64,000 bases of DNA from Haliotis rufescens (Eukaryota), in the NCBI RefSeq assembly GCF_023055435.1, contig NW_025963780.1, forward strand, positions 10,788,001-10,852,000, in the 5' to 3' direction. Shown in pieces: positions 39,101 through 54,100 of this stretch. Position 1 is the stretch's first letter; each line of letters begins with the position of its first letter. The notes beneath the pieces are model-generated. The model searched no databases and had not been told where the DNA came from. It saw nothing but the letters and a program-made list of their open reading frames with translations. Both the position numbers and the translations under genes were made by a program.

Positions 39101-42100
39101 CCACTCAGTGATCCTGGCTGGGACCTGTCTGACCACTCAGTGATCCTGGCTGGGACCTGTCTGACCACTCAGTGATCCTGGCTGGGACCTGTCTAACCCC
39201 TCAGTGATCCTGGCTGGGACCTGTCTGACCACTCACTAACATGCTGTAGACACTCACCCACTATCATGTCCTTGCCATTCACAAGTCCTGCCTCAACCAG
39301 TTCCCTTGAAACACTGTCTGAGGTGTCTGTAAACCAAAAGTTTTACAACTGAGCATGTACATGAAGTTGCAGAAATGGGGCAACTTGTCCTCATCTGTAG
39401 TCAAGATAAGGGAAATACAGGTATCTGCAAAAGAATGTCAAGGAACCTTGACATGGAAACATTCTTTTACCCTCTGCACGCATGTAGAAACTGGGGTTAG
39501 TGCTAAACAATGAGCACATATTTGGTTGAACCTGCTACATGGCATCTGGCATAATTACTATGCAAAATATTCAAATCATAATCCATGAACATAACATGAA
39601 AAGTGTTCTACTATAAATTTGGAAAATACTCTTTTCGGTCAATCAGGGGTTTTAAATCATGATATTGCATATCACTCTTATTGCAAAAGCTGAAGGTAAT
39701 ATTTATATCCACAAACTAACACTAATGTATGGCCTGTGTGAGGCTGTGAACCTACCTTGGCCTGGGGTGAAGTCAAACTTGATGTCATTCAGCTCCTTCT
39801 TGTCATTCCTGGTGGAGAAGGAGGAATCAAACATTGGTCAATCTGGACAACAATACTGTTACAAAGTCTTTGGTCAGTGTGGTCAACAATACTGTTACAA
39901 AGTCTTTGGTCAGTGTGGTCAACAATACTGTTACAAAGTCTTTGGTCAGTCTGGACAACAATACTGTTACAAAGTCTTTGGTCAGTGTGGTCAACAATAC
40001 TGTTACAAAGTCTTTGGTCAGTGTGGTCAACAATACTGTTACAAAGTCTTTGGTCAGTCTGGACAACAATACTGTTACAAAGTCTTTGGTCAGTGTGGTC
40101 AACTATACTGTTACAAAGTCTTTGGTCAGTGTGGTCAACAATACTGTTTCAAAATCTTTGGTCAGTATGGACAACAATACTGTTACAAAGTCTTTGGTCA
40201 GTGTGGTCAACAATACTGTTACAAAATCTTTGGTCAGTGTGGTCAACAATACTGTTACAAAGTGTTTAGTCAGTCTGGACAACAATACTGTTACAAAGTC
40301 TTTGGTATGTGAGACGTGATGGTTAACACCGCTTTGAACAGTATGTCAAACTATGCAGATCCAAGATGTTTAGCCCTTTGTTGGAAGCCACAAGAAACAA
40401 ATCCCATGCCGCCCCAGCCCATGATGATGATCTGGAGAAGCTTCTCACATGCTCAAAGTATCACTAAAGGAAAGTAGTGAGAAGGCTGAGGTGGCAGAGG
40501 ATGTAACATATTTCAGATGGACTTCTTGGAATTTGAAAGATTGTCGTGAATCAAACCCATAAATTGAGAAATAGGCTGAAATATTTTCACCAGATGATGG
40601 AGTAAGTATATACTTCAAAACATGTTCCTCATAATAAAGAAGTTGACATCCATAAATTACTTTCCTAAGGCTGAATCATATTCACATTTCAACAAGACCA
40701 TATTCAGTCAATTATTGAATGTCTTCTGTACTTATTCATGCGAATCTATCTCTCAGATTAGAGCAATTTTCATACAAGTGAACACCAAGTAGCGACTGTC
40801 AGCTGAAGAAAGTGAACACTTCAGCTACTGCTCAAGTCAGATTACGGACAATGCAGGATACAATGTGTGAAGTCCATTCCCTGCCAAAACTAAAAGCGGC
40901 TCCAGACCTTGATGGCACAAAGGATTGGTTGAAGCTTGTAATGAGATGACAAAATGATTCCCTACCTAAGCCGCAGAACAAGGTTGATAGATTGAGACAG
41001 GACAGCTTGCTGGAACAAAAAACACTTGTGTTGATGGATGCAATGCATGACCATGATTACAAAAGGCTTCTGCTTTTCAGATAATCAAGCTGCATTCTTG
41101 TTCAGTGTGAACACATTTGTCTTGGGACCATTTCATATCGTTAACAGCCCAGGGAGCATTACAGAATCCTACAGCAGAACTCTGACGCCAAGCAGTGCCC
41201 ATTATGTGCATGGTGCTGCTACCCACCTTCTGCTCTTGGGCCTCTGCCTGACTGGGCAGCGAGGTGCTGGAGGTCTCCCCGGGGGTGGGGGATGTGGCAG
41301 TCTCCGACGCTGGACCCCCTGGGGCCAGGGAGTTGGGTGTCTGGGCCGGTGCCGTCCCTCCAACATTGTTGGCTGCATCAAGCTGGGAAAGACAATGGTG
41401 AAGGAGTGAATGACTGGGCTGGCTGGGATCACAAACAAACAACACATGTAGCGGGGAAGCTGGTATGGTAAGTATATATGACAACTACTGCAGAAAAGAA
41501 CATTGTTACCCGGGGGTTGATGGGGTCAGAGTCTGCGATCATGGATCATAGATTTACAAGAACACAGCATCCGGTCTCCAGGGCAATTTCAAATTACCAA
41601 CCTTTCATTTTCATAAGGCAATTTTGATTTGCCATGACACTAAGTCTAACGGTCCAATCACAATGCGAGTTACAAACCAGGCTCAATGTTGGGTTGGCGA
41701 TAACAACATGGCAGCCTGTTCAATTGATAACAAGAGTTTGCAAGAATTCAAAGTTGAAAAACTGACTTGACATGCAAAAGAAAACCCTAAAACAATGTTT
41801 TTCATGGATAGGATGTCTTCATGTCCATTACCACTGGCAGTGGCTTTGGTCTCTGGGCAATACAGGTTACCTCCCCTACCCATTTCCGTATCTCGCTGTT
41901 TGATTGGTAGGTAGGTAAAATCTTAATTAATATCAGGTAATTTGATGTTGCAAGAACCACAGGAATGGATCCCAGGATACGTGTAAGTCTGCCAGTGTGA
42001 GGATGAAGTCACAGTAGCCAACTAACCCCGTGTTGGATGTCCCTCACAAGCATACAGGGCACCCGACAAATAAGCCAGTTTAGACAAGGAAAACCAATTC

Positions 42101-45100
42101 TTCACCAGAAAGCTGACAGACATTAACAAGTATGTTGCAATCAGGGACATACTCCTGTAGAATCCCCTTGAGAAGTTTCCAGAAACATTTCGTCAACACA
42201 TCCTAAGAACATTTCCGTCATGGAATTAAAAAAATACTGCCTCACACTAAATGGACGATGATGGTAATGCTTACCTCAACAGGAGCGTTGCGTATCCTGG
42301 GAGACTGAAACAAATCAGAAGGTAACATCAACTTGCAGCAGCTTCTCTGGAGGTGATTTCTTTTTCTCATCAAAGCTGATTTTACAAATTCGACTGTATT
42401 TAAGCATTGTTTCCTATATTTAGAATTTATACTGATGTCAACTATAATGTAACTGCTGAGGAACAACATTGGGTTGGCCAAGGGAGAAGAGTCTATAATC
42501 ACTCCATCTATCATAAGTACCACCCACGCACCCTTTCACATGAGATAGCTGCTTGACCCTCTTCCGACAACTGGTCCATCTCCTCGTCAGACCACTCCCA
42601 CTGACCATCCTGTGTCCGGTGAAGCCGACCACTTGAACCTGGCACCCTCTTCACCTGTTAAAATACACACAAATTACCGGTACTACAAGGTGAGTGAGTG
42701 AATAATGTTTGCTGCCTATCACAACAGTATGACAACAATCTGCCAGCCTGTCTACATATGCATAGGGGTTACTATCAAGGACAGTTTAATAACTGTCATA
42801 GAACTGAGGCAGCTTGACAAGTACCATGAGGTCGTATTAGGCATTGTCTCATGTAATGCACAGGAAACTAGTAGGACTATAAAGAACTTAAGAGCCATCA
42901 TAACACCATTGCAGTGGCATGCCGAACACCTGATCCACGGGAGTTATGAAAGTAACTCACACAGTCCACAAGCCATATCCACTTTCTTAAGAGGTTCTAC
43001 CAACACATTAGACATGGTAGAAGCCTGAACTAAACAGTGGACATTCTATTTCTTTAACAAAATGTCACATGTACAAAAGTGTTGGGTTGGTCAGGTATCT
43101 TGATTCAAATGATGTTTAGGTTACTCCCAGCCAGAACCAGCCCATGACAATTCCAAACTCCAGTCTTTATCATCTGAATTGCATGAATCTATTTATTTCC
43201 TTCTATTAGATGAAGCCGTGTCTCCGCCATGCACCTACCTTCTGTGGCTTTACATTTGTCCCATCAGACAGCAGGACCCTTGTGATGTAACCCTTGTCCT
43301 GAAACACACTCAGTCACTTTAGTCTACGGATGTGTAAAGCTTCTCTAACAGACCTACATGGGTGCCTACCGGGTAGGAATGACTCAATATCCTGGAAGGG
43401 AAGACACTGTCACCACAAAGTTAAAAGTCACATGTGCGACACAACTAATAAGTGTGCTACATTGTCAAAACTATGTCCAAGTTAACCACTCCTATAACCC
43501 AACTGGGTAACTCAAATTACCCAATGTTGAATCTCATTCTGGATAATTGTTTTATTGCGGGGGGTCGAAATTCCTTGTATTATAGTGCAAATTGCATGGA
43601 TAAAGTTGTGGATGCACAGTTAAGAGAAGTTCCTGGTTCCAGTAGGGCAGTATCAGATACTAATAGCATTGTCTTTAAAAAACATTGTTGTGATAATGTA
43701 TATGAAATGAAGCTAGTGTTTATTTGTATGCAGTTTAGCAATATTCAAGCAATATGACTATGGTCTTTAAAAAATCAAGTCTGGATCAGATAATCCAGTA
43801 AATGACATCATAATCATCGATCCACATAACTGGGATGTGATGACATGCATCAACCAAGTCAGCGAGCCTGACCACCCGATCCTGTTAGTTACCTCTTAGG
43901 AAAAGCATACTCGCCTCTTACAACAAGTATGGGTTGCTGAAGACCAATTCTAACTCAGATCTTCATGGGCACAAAGCCAGTGATAAATGTACTTTAGCAA
44001 AAGTAAGCAGTGCACTCATTTAGAATGAATATACAAACATTCATGTTTGATTGATAACATAAAGTTTGGTATTTGGAACTTGGAAGGTTGTTGCTGATGA
44101 GGAAGGAGACAATCTTCCTGGATTCCATCAGTTATGTTGCTCACGTTGACATGACATCCCCCAGTAAAAAGATGAATCAAAGGTTGCTCTTGTTGGCATG
44201 CTCAATTTCCAAATGTGAGGTGAGGTGAAATTGAGTTTAATGTCGGGTTCCAGATTAATGCAATTATATAGCGATGTGCATGCATGTGTGTTTGTGTGTG
44301 GATGCTTGTAGTCTGGACTGATGCCGATTTATAGTGCTAGCTTACTGAGATACCATGCCGCAGTTTAACATGAATAGGTCTCAGGTGGTCTCAAATTCAA
44401 AAGGGACCACTTTCCAAGTGCTCTTTGGTACATTTGAAAACCAATACCTGTCTATCTGTGTATTGTTTACTGATGTATTAACATAGATGAAGAGTAGTCA
44501 CAGGACTTGTATTAATCTAGGGCCCTGGACCGTGGGCTGGTATAATGGAGAATCAGGACTTGTATTACTCTAGGGCCCTGGACTGTGGGCTGGTATAATG
44601 GAGAATCAACATCAAATCACATAGCTTACCTTTGCCTTCTTGAAGAAATCATGTTTCAACAACTGCTTTGCAGTGGGCCTGAAAAGTAAATGTAAACATC
44701 AAAATATTTTGCCGTGACAATTGAAGGACAAAATACTTCTATTCAGACATGCTTTTGCCATATATGGCATTTGTCATATCCAAGATAAATATTCTTCATT
44801 TCAGTGAAAAGTCCTTATCATGCCTCCATGTTAGAATAATGACACCTGATTGGTTCACATGATCTTGATAAAATACTATGTATATCGCCTATTTTTTTCA
44901 TATTTGGATCCTTCTCCTGTTTTACTATCTTAAAGCTCCTACTGCTGTTTTGTTTACTTAGGAGACGTAGCTGTGAGAGGTCTGGTCTACAGAAGTTGTT
45001 GTTCCCACTAGTTGTGTAGCTCCCTTCCTCCCACAGTTACCACGTGACCGGAAGTGGCCAGGTCATGCACCATCACATCACTGCTAGTAACGGACAACTG

Positions 45101-48100
45101 AAAGAACTTCACAGGGAGGAAGCAAAGCGATGACAGTTCACTTTAGATGTAGTAATGCAGGATAAATAAATCTGTGAGCGTGGGATCCGGTGGAATGGAT
45201 GTAGGGGAAGACCAAATTGTTTCCCTCAACATTCCACCCCGTGGAGGAAGTGACCGAGCCACCATCCAATCCAGCAGTTGGTTAAGTCCCAGGTGCAGGT
45301 CTAACTCCAACAAAGGGTCTGCAGTGAGAGGATCTGACCGAGCCACCATCCAATCCAGCAGTTGGTTAAGTCCCAGGTGCAGGTCTAACTCCAACAAAGG
45401 GTCTGCAGTGAGAGGATCTCACCGAGCCACCATCCAATCCAGCAGTTAGTTAAGTCCCAGGTGCAGGTCTAACTCCAACACAGGGTCTGCAGTGAGAGGA
45501 TCTGACCGAGCCACCATCCAATCCAGCAGTTGGTTAAGTCCCAGGTGCAGGTCTAACTCCAACACAGGGTCTGCAGTGAAGTACAACGGCAAGACCTGGG
45601 AGATAGAGCCACGTGTATGAGACCAACGAGGTGTAGTGGCGTCCCCTGAAGGAGCCAAAGGCGGATGAGAGGTAGTCGTAGTCACTGGCAATAAAGGCCT
45701 GTGCATATGCAGTGTAAGGGGATGCTGGAGGTAAACTGATTGCTGATTGAAATACCAGAGGCACTGGAGAAATCAATGGAGTCACGGTACCTGGAGGTGC
45801 CAACATAGGTATTGTGAAAACTGGAGGTGACGGAGGAGTCACCTGGGTCATGTATGATGCGTACATGGATTGCATTCAAATATGGAGTATGGAACGAGCC
45901 CAAACCAGGCGGCATGAGATGCGGTGGCACTGCGAGTGCCACAGACGACAGTGGGGAGGTACTGCTCCAATAGTAATGATTGTGCGTAGTTGGCTCCTCA
46001 GTGTCAATGTGATCAGCTATCTCCGAAGGAAGTCGGGGCAGTGTCCCTGTGATCAGCAATCTGGGGATGCCTGCAGGCATTTTGGGTGTGTCGCTTTCTC
46101 AAAACCCTGATATATAAAGCGAAGTCAATGGAGGAGAGATTTCGGTAAAACAATTGATGCAACGGGGGTATGAATCCTTTGCTGATTTATTGCCACGGCA
46201 TTGTGAGCAATGGGACATATAATTTCTAAGAAATAGTGTCTAAGCAGATTAGACACACATGTCAACAAAGAAAGACGGGCATGTAATTATAACTCAAACT
46301 TTTGGAAACTTGACGAGAGAAATTTCGATATAAAGAGTATAATTATACACTTAAAAAGCCCAGAATAGAAAAGTATTTAGTACATGAAACAAGAGCTAAG
46401 CTAGGCATTTTGAAATATCAAAGCACAAGACACGTAAACATGAAGTAGTAAAACAAGATGGTGACAGGTACAACACATGCATGAAGAAAGAGCAGGAATG
46501 AGCCAATGTCAGGCAAAAATTATGCTAACATATGCCTGAAAAGACCACCCTGGTATGCCACACTATAATCTACATAATTTATAACATATTGGTTATCAAA
46601 GGATCAGTAAAAGGATAGGCAAAGGATGCTATCTGGTTCTTCAAAATGGGGAGCTTTGTTCTCAAAAGTCTGTTCAGTCCGATGACTAACAGTGATGTGA
46701 GTATATGTGACCTGGCCACTTCCGGTCACGTGGTAGCTGTGGGAGGAAGGGAGCTACACAACTAGTGGGTACAACAACTTCTGTAGCCAGGACCTCTCAC
46801 AGCTACGTCTCCAAAGTAAAAAAACAGCAGTAGAAGCATTAAACATTGTTAAGGTAGTAATGCTGGATAACATAAAAAGAATTGCTGTAGCAGATCACTC
46901 GGGGTGCATGTGGTTTAATGCGTCCATTTATGCGAGCCTGTGGCTTGTGGTATAAATCCTATCATGGGACACATAAAACCACTTATCATACCTCCATGTC
47001 AGAATGATGAGATCTGATTCGTCCACGTGATCGTGATAAAATGCTTGGATGGTAATAAATTCTTCAGCAGGGGAATAAATCTCTTATACCCCGCCACGAG
47101 CAGTACAGGCTGCTCATGCATTTCTGAGAGAAAAGAAATCCCTTATACCCCGCTTCAAAGCAAATAGCCACACGCTTTTTCCGAGTCAATGGAAGTTAAC
47201 CTCAGCTCAATCAAATAGTTGTTTTCTAACAATTTTAAATTTCTGTTCATTCTTTTACAATGTCACATATCATGTCAGTAAGTTAAATTCATTGCAGAAG
47301 GGTCACGAGGGGTACATGGGCTTTAGGCGTTACAAATTATAATGTACCTCTCGTGATACTGCTTCAACTCAAGTGACAAGTGATTTCTAAAAGTCAAATA
47401 ACAGGATTTGAATCAGAGCAATGGTAAAGATGGGCATTTAAATGAAAAAAGAACCATATTCTACAAGTATTTTCACTTTTATAATGCTTTCGCAACTGGC
47501 TACCGACCTTTTTTCTGGCTCTCGCTTGAGGCAGTCGCTGATCATCTTCCGGAACACCTTACTGTAGCCCTTGTACTGCTCCTTGTCATCGGCCCCGGTG
47601 TCCAGACTCGGGGGGTCATTCTGCAGGGTCAGCATCAGCACCTGGGTGGAGGGAGGGAGGGAGGGGTGAGGGATGGAGGCAGTAAAAAGATAGCCAGTAA
47701 TAGACAGCTAGCAATACAGTCAATCCGACGATCGGCTTCATCCGACACTAATAATAGGAACCGATTAAATCAGTGCTATTTAGACCCTTTAATCCATCAG
47801 TCTCGCACTTAGACTCCGACACACCTAATTTGCAACAAATTACTGAAATCACTCATTAATCAGTCTCGATAATCCAACACAGTGATCAGCATACTCCATG
47901 GTCATCTGCCTGCGAGTACACAGCCTGTGTCATACAGTCATACAGTCCGTAACAGTTCTTTTGTGTTAAGCTTTAGAAGTTGCATGATTAGAAAACATAT
48001 TCCGCTATCAATGTAACATAACAATATGAATATTTCATTTTTATTTTTTTTATTACGTGTTTGTATTGTTATCTATCGTGTAGTTGTCAGATTTTCTATC

Positions 48101-51100
48101 ACGAACGTTCATACTACTTAATTTCGTTCATCCAACATACTCGTTAATCCGACATAATCATATGCAACCAACCATGTTGGATTAAAAGGAAATGACCATA
48201 TTTCAGCCTGCTCAACACAACCAAGCTCCAATGGAGAAGTCTGCAGTGAATGATGGAATGAATGTTGTTTTACGCATCCTAGATCAGCTGTAAGGTAATC
48301 AGCATATTACATCTCTACTAACTGATATTTCACTCATCGGCTCCTGTAAGTGTCATCTCATTTAAAAACTGGACTGCAGGCAATGCTATGGAGGTGAATT
48401 GCTGGACAGGTCCAAGTTACTAGTAATAACAGAAAGTTGTAGTACACAGGGAAATCGAGCTGTGCTTATAATTCTTGAAAATAGAAAACCCTGTGTCAAT
48501 ATTTACCTTCATCGGTGGGTATTTGTGGTATGGAGCCGTTCCCGTGGCCAGTTCTATTGCTGTGACACCAAAACTCCAGATATCTGCCTTGAAGTCATAG
48601 CCTGTGACCTGTGAAATACATTCCACAGTTAGCACGGCCAGTCCACAGTGAGTGAGTGAGTGAGTGAGTGAGTGAGTGAGTGAGTGAGTGAGTGAGTGAG
48701 TGAGTGAGTGAGTGAATCATGTTCTACTCTGCAGTCAGCACAACTCCACCTGTATCATGTCAGCCTGGAAATACTTGATTCTGTCAAACCAGTCGTTTTG
48801 TCCTAGATAGCCACCAAAAGCCTGGCCCCAATGAGAGAGAAAGCTCACCTGCTCCATAACTTCGGGTGCCATCCAGCAAGGCGTCCCAACAAACGTGTGC
48901 CGCACAGCATCCCTGGTCATGTCCTTGCCTGTAGCCAGCCACGCACTCACGCCAAAATCTGCAGTCACAAAACATAGGTCAATATAAACCACCCAGTGAC
49001 AGGACCAGACATAAGAACAGACAGACAACAGAATGAGACATAAGAACAGACAGACAACAGTACCAGACATATGAACAGACAGATACTGTAAATCTTAATA
49101 TGAACACAAGTGTGAATTAAATGTGAAAAATGCTAGTGGTCTTTGTACACATTAATGAAACTTCGCATTTATCTCTCCAAAATGACTATCAACAATAAGA
49201 CGGCCTCACTGCCCACTTTGGATAGCGGAAATACCAACTTGAATATAAACACATACATGGTTTATTGAGCAGCAGTTGTAACGAGTACATAACAATGTCA
49301 TTCAAAGAATAGGAATTGCACAATAGGCATCCGGTGAGTTTGTCACTGCTGGGGTCAAGAGTTCTACCCATTTGTGTCAAACTAGGCTTCTTTGACCACT
49401 CCAAACAGTGAACAGTTGTTGGTTCAATTATTTTAATGTCTTTCTTAATGCCAGTCAAATCGCACTGATTTTTAGTTGCATTTTTGGCTAGGGGTCAGCA
49501 GCTGTATTAATTTGGAGACCCATCAATTTACAGTAATAGGAACAGAAACAACAAACCTATTGTCAGATTTCAACAGACAGACTCTTCTAATACCCTTCCT
49601 ATAAACCATATCTTATCATTTTACTAAATAGGACTGAACATGAGCTGCCTCCTTTTGATATAAGTGTGTCAAACATGGTATCATATCCATGGTAACATTG
49701 GTTACATGTGTACTAGCCTGATATGACTGGTATTGACGTTGCTGGTCACCAGCCAATATCTCCTTGTGGTTATTTGGTTTGGTTTGGTGTTTTACGCCGC
49801 ACACAGAAATATTCAAGCTATATGACAGCAGTCTGAAAATAATCGAGTCTGGACCACACAATCCAGTGATTGATATCATGAGCATCGATCCACGCAGTTG
49901 GGATCGATGAAATGCCTCAACCAAGTCTCCTACAAGCATAGTCACCTTTTACGCCAAGAATTGGTTGCTAAGGACCTACTCCTTTTGTAAATACTCAGCA
50001 GCAGCCAAATTCAGTCATATCTCACAACCACTGGGCATTGTGAACCAATTTTGTTTCCAACCTAAAACACTGCCAGACTGTACAATGTGACGGAGCACCC
50101 ACCTGCAATGTACACAGCTCCATCACTTCCCAGCAGGATGTTCCCAGCCTTGATGTCTCTGCAAGCACAACCCAAGGTCACACAGAATGGAGAGTGAGTG
50201 AATGGGGGAATGCAGGGATACAAATGTTGGTTTTCACGCATACTGCAGGTCACTCCGCTTTACATTACCTGTGCCACTATGACCTTCACCACTGGCACAT
50301 TAATACAAGGAATTACGCACCACGGAATGAGGAAATGAACAGATATCACAAAATGCTGTATCAGCAATTAACAGCTAATCATACCATGGTAAAATGGAGA
50401 GATATTAGCAAATCTTTTTGATGTTGAAATTGGGGCTTTTTGTTTCAATGTTACAAATTATGCATTAAGTATGACTACAAAGAATTGGAAAAATCCCCCC
50501 AAAATCATGGTAGGGGGCCAATACATGTTACTTCGTATTGCACATGTTACAGTTGGTCAGCACGCCCCTGGAGTTACAGCAGGCCCATGTTAGTGTCTTA
50601 GACATTCCAGGAGCTTGTGTTGACGACAATACCATAACTGGCAGCCACATCTGGTACCTGTGTATCTGCCCATTGTTGTGGAAATACTCCAAGCCCTTCA
50701 GGACCTCTTTTAGAACTGTTGCTATGACCCCCTCGTCAAGGACACCATTCTTGAACTGCCCAGTCCTCATTCGGGCCTTGATCACATCCAGCATAGAGCC
50801 TACAGTGGTACGAAGATAGTCATGAACAGTGAGTGGGTATGGTTTTACTCAGCTTTTAGCAATATTCCAGCAATATCACGGCGGGGGACACCGGAAATGG
50901 GCTCCATACGTTGTACCCATGTCGGGAATTGAACCCTGGTCTTCGGCGTGACGAGTGAACGCTTTAACCACTAGGCTACCCGACCACCCCTACTCATGAA
51001 CAGACTAGTTGAGGTGTTGGTAGTTCTCCCACGTGTTACACATGCACATGATAATTAAACAGTTAAACAATGTACACAGTACACAATAACTAAATACAGC

Positions 51101-54100
51101 AGGAACCAATACTTTAAAATGAAACAATTGGTCTGCAGAGAAAGAAAAATGTTATGAAACTCTCCTCAGGCTAACAGAAAACACACACAAGACCCTGACA
51201 CCAAAAATATTCAATTTTCAAATAAATCAAACAAATTTTTAAAGAGGTTGTGGGCACAAAATGTTTCAAAAGGGTTTACTTTGAATTACAATAAAGTTGG
51301 TTGTTTAACGCCGCACTCAGCAATATTCAAGCTATATGTCGGCGGTCTGTAAATAATCGAGTCTGGACCAGACAATCCAGTGATTAATATCATGAGCATC
51401 AATCCATGCAATTAGGATTGATGACATGCATCAACCAAGTCCGCAAGCCTGACCACCCGATCCCGTTTTCTTATGAAAAGCACAGTCGCCTCTTATGGCA
51501 AGCTTGGGTCCCTGAATTACAATAAAGAACATTTATAATGAACATGCTTATAACAAACGGGGATAAAACGAACTGGTTTTTGTGTCCCGGCCATTTCCTG
51601 TATCTCCTGTTGCATATGTTTATAACGAACTACAGTTATAACGGACTACAATTTCAGTTTCTTATAACCATAGTATACTGTATATAAGAAATTCTCAACA
51701 CTACAAACTGACCTCCACTGCACAGCTTCATGACGACCCACAGCTCCTCCTTGACAACGAACGATGTGTAGTATCCCACCACGTTCTCGTGCTTGCACTG
51801 GCTCATGGCCCGAATCTCCTTCTGCAAACAACCAACAAAGCACATTAAATGCAAAAAAAGAAGAACAAGAAACAACTGATACAAAACCAATTTTTCAAAA
51901 GTTTTGTAGGCAAGCCAGGCTTCGTTCTAAACTCAAAAGCTCTACTAGCCAGGGGAAAGATGAAATGTCCTTGTAATGTTAAACAGCAGCAGAAATTGCC
52001 ACTAGTTCTAACCCTGCAAGCAGTCCATATTTTCTTGGTGTGATCAAATCTTGACACTCAGCATGCAGTGGGATTTTGTTGATGTTTCAGAAAACTTTTA
52101 AATGTTTGAACAGACCGTTGTCGGGATATTACCATCATCATGAGACACAAAACACTAGAATCATGTCAACAAATCTGTACTGAAGTGTGCAAGTTAGTCC
52201 CATTATTACACTGTCTGTCTGTAAAAGTGTTCATTAGACGATGTTTTCTTGGAACCAAATGCTCAAAGACACTTTATTAAACACATTTAATCAATAAGGA
52301 AGCAACAGCATTGGTCATGTGACATTTGCAAGGTGTCATAGGCATGTTGCAGGTGGACACACGTCAAAATACGGTTGCCCAAATGCTGCATGTTTCTCAA
52401 TGTGTCCGATACCAACAAACACATAATGTCGATGACTGATGCCGCTCCGGATGCCAAAGGGCAATAACTCCAGCCCAGGACAGATTAGTCAGAACAAGAT
52501 TGCAAACTACCACTCAGACAAGGGACCGATTGCAATACAGGGCCAAACAGTTCGAAATCATCTGCATAGATGGCATTTGCATGCACGTTGTCCACGCATC
52601 ACCATACAAATTACTGCATGTCATTTGATCCAGAGGCGTCAGTGGTGAATGGAATGTCCGCACTGGGATAATTGATGCTGGGCTTATATACATGATATAT
52701 TTCCTGATAAAGGAAGTTCACTCTCGACTTCAGTGACCAAATGAATTGAGTTTGGAGACATCCTAACGAGTGTTTTATGGACATCTAACGTCTTACAGCA
52801 TGGGTGTGGGTCCATTTTGGTATCACAATGACTGACCGAACTGTACTCGATATTGTCTATGGCAGAGTCACAGGTCAGCGATTTGAAGGATTCGTGCATG
52901 TCTGGCCAACAGAGGTGGTTTTGCCCGATGTTAGTGACAACACAAATGAAATTGATTGAAAAATGGTGGAAAGGTGAAAGTGTTCGCTCTCATGTATCCC
53001 GTGTCCATGACTACAAAATAGGGATGAAAGTTTGTTTGATTGTTGTTTAACGCAGCACTCAGCAATATTCCAGTTATATGACGCGAGCGAGCGATGAATG
53101 GCCATTCTGAGTAATATTTACTTCAGTACACATCACAGTACAGATATATGTATCAGAATACATTGCAAAACAATTTGTTTGACCTTACACATGGTACACA
53201 GCCTTAATGTTTATCACTCAAGAGAAGAGCAAACTTTTACCAGAAGTTCTTCTACTGTTGTGTTGCATTTTTCGAGGTTGATTCTCTTGATGGCCACCTT
53301 CTCCTGTCTGGGTTTACACATGGCAGCCTGCACAACTGCTGTGGCTCCAGCACCTGGAAGAAGAGTCACTCAACCTGTCTAAGATCATCACATCCACATG
53401 GTACAGGTAGTCATTGATCTGTTGAATCTAAGGATGAGGCTAACATCATTGCCCTATTTAAAGCTTTGCAGAGGTTTCTGTCCCTGGTCCTTCTGTGATG
53501 GGGCATTTACCTGGGTCTATCTTTTTCCGAGGCCTGGAGACTCAGCATCAAATTTTAAGGTCAAATTTTTTCTGTCAACAACGGAAATGTGACAAAGGCC
53601 ATTATTTATATCACAAATACCAGGGTATGAAACTTCCCAAAATTTCAGCCAGACCACAGGACTGGCTAGCTGAAATACTTGCCAGCCCTGACCAAAACCT
53701 GCCTGCCCACTATAATCATATGTTTCTCAGGATAAGCTAACGGGATTTCTTTTTGGTTACATTTTATCATTCATCTTTACATGTGAATTAATGATTATCA
53801 TCGGGAAATATTTAGAATATTGTCACATATGAAATATAACCCGACCGTCGGGCAGGGGGATTTGAAAATCTGGCAGCCCGAGTTGAAATCAACCGGTCTC
53901 GGACGGTCGGGCAGGCAGGTATTTCGAACACTGCAAATACATATCTAAGTTACAACGAGCGATAGCTGAGACATTTATTATATATATTCTCTAAGCAGAG
54001 TTCTGGTACACATGGAACCTGCAGTTGGTCAGTAAATTAAGATCTTTAAAAAATACAGGTTATAAACATGATAAAGCTTTCTTTCTTATTTTAAACAAAA

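Noticed and set aside
37938-40319. Periodic ORFs ([13 protein letters not shown]..., [12 protein letters not shown]...)
   Set aside because: Translations of intronic minisatellites, open in several frames, inside the kinase gene on the opposite strand.
50920-50993. tRNA-Asp-like sequence (and tRNA-Leu-like at 8683-8790)
   Set aside because: SINE heads with body, tail and TSD; no intact cloverleaf evident.
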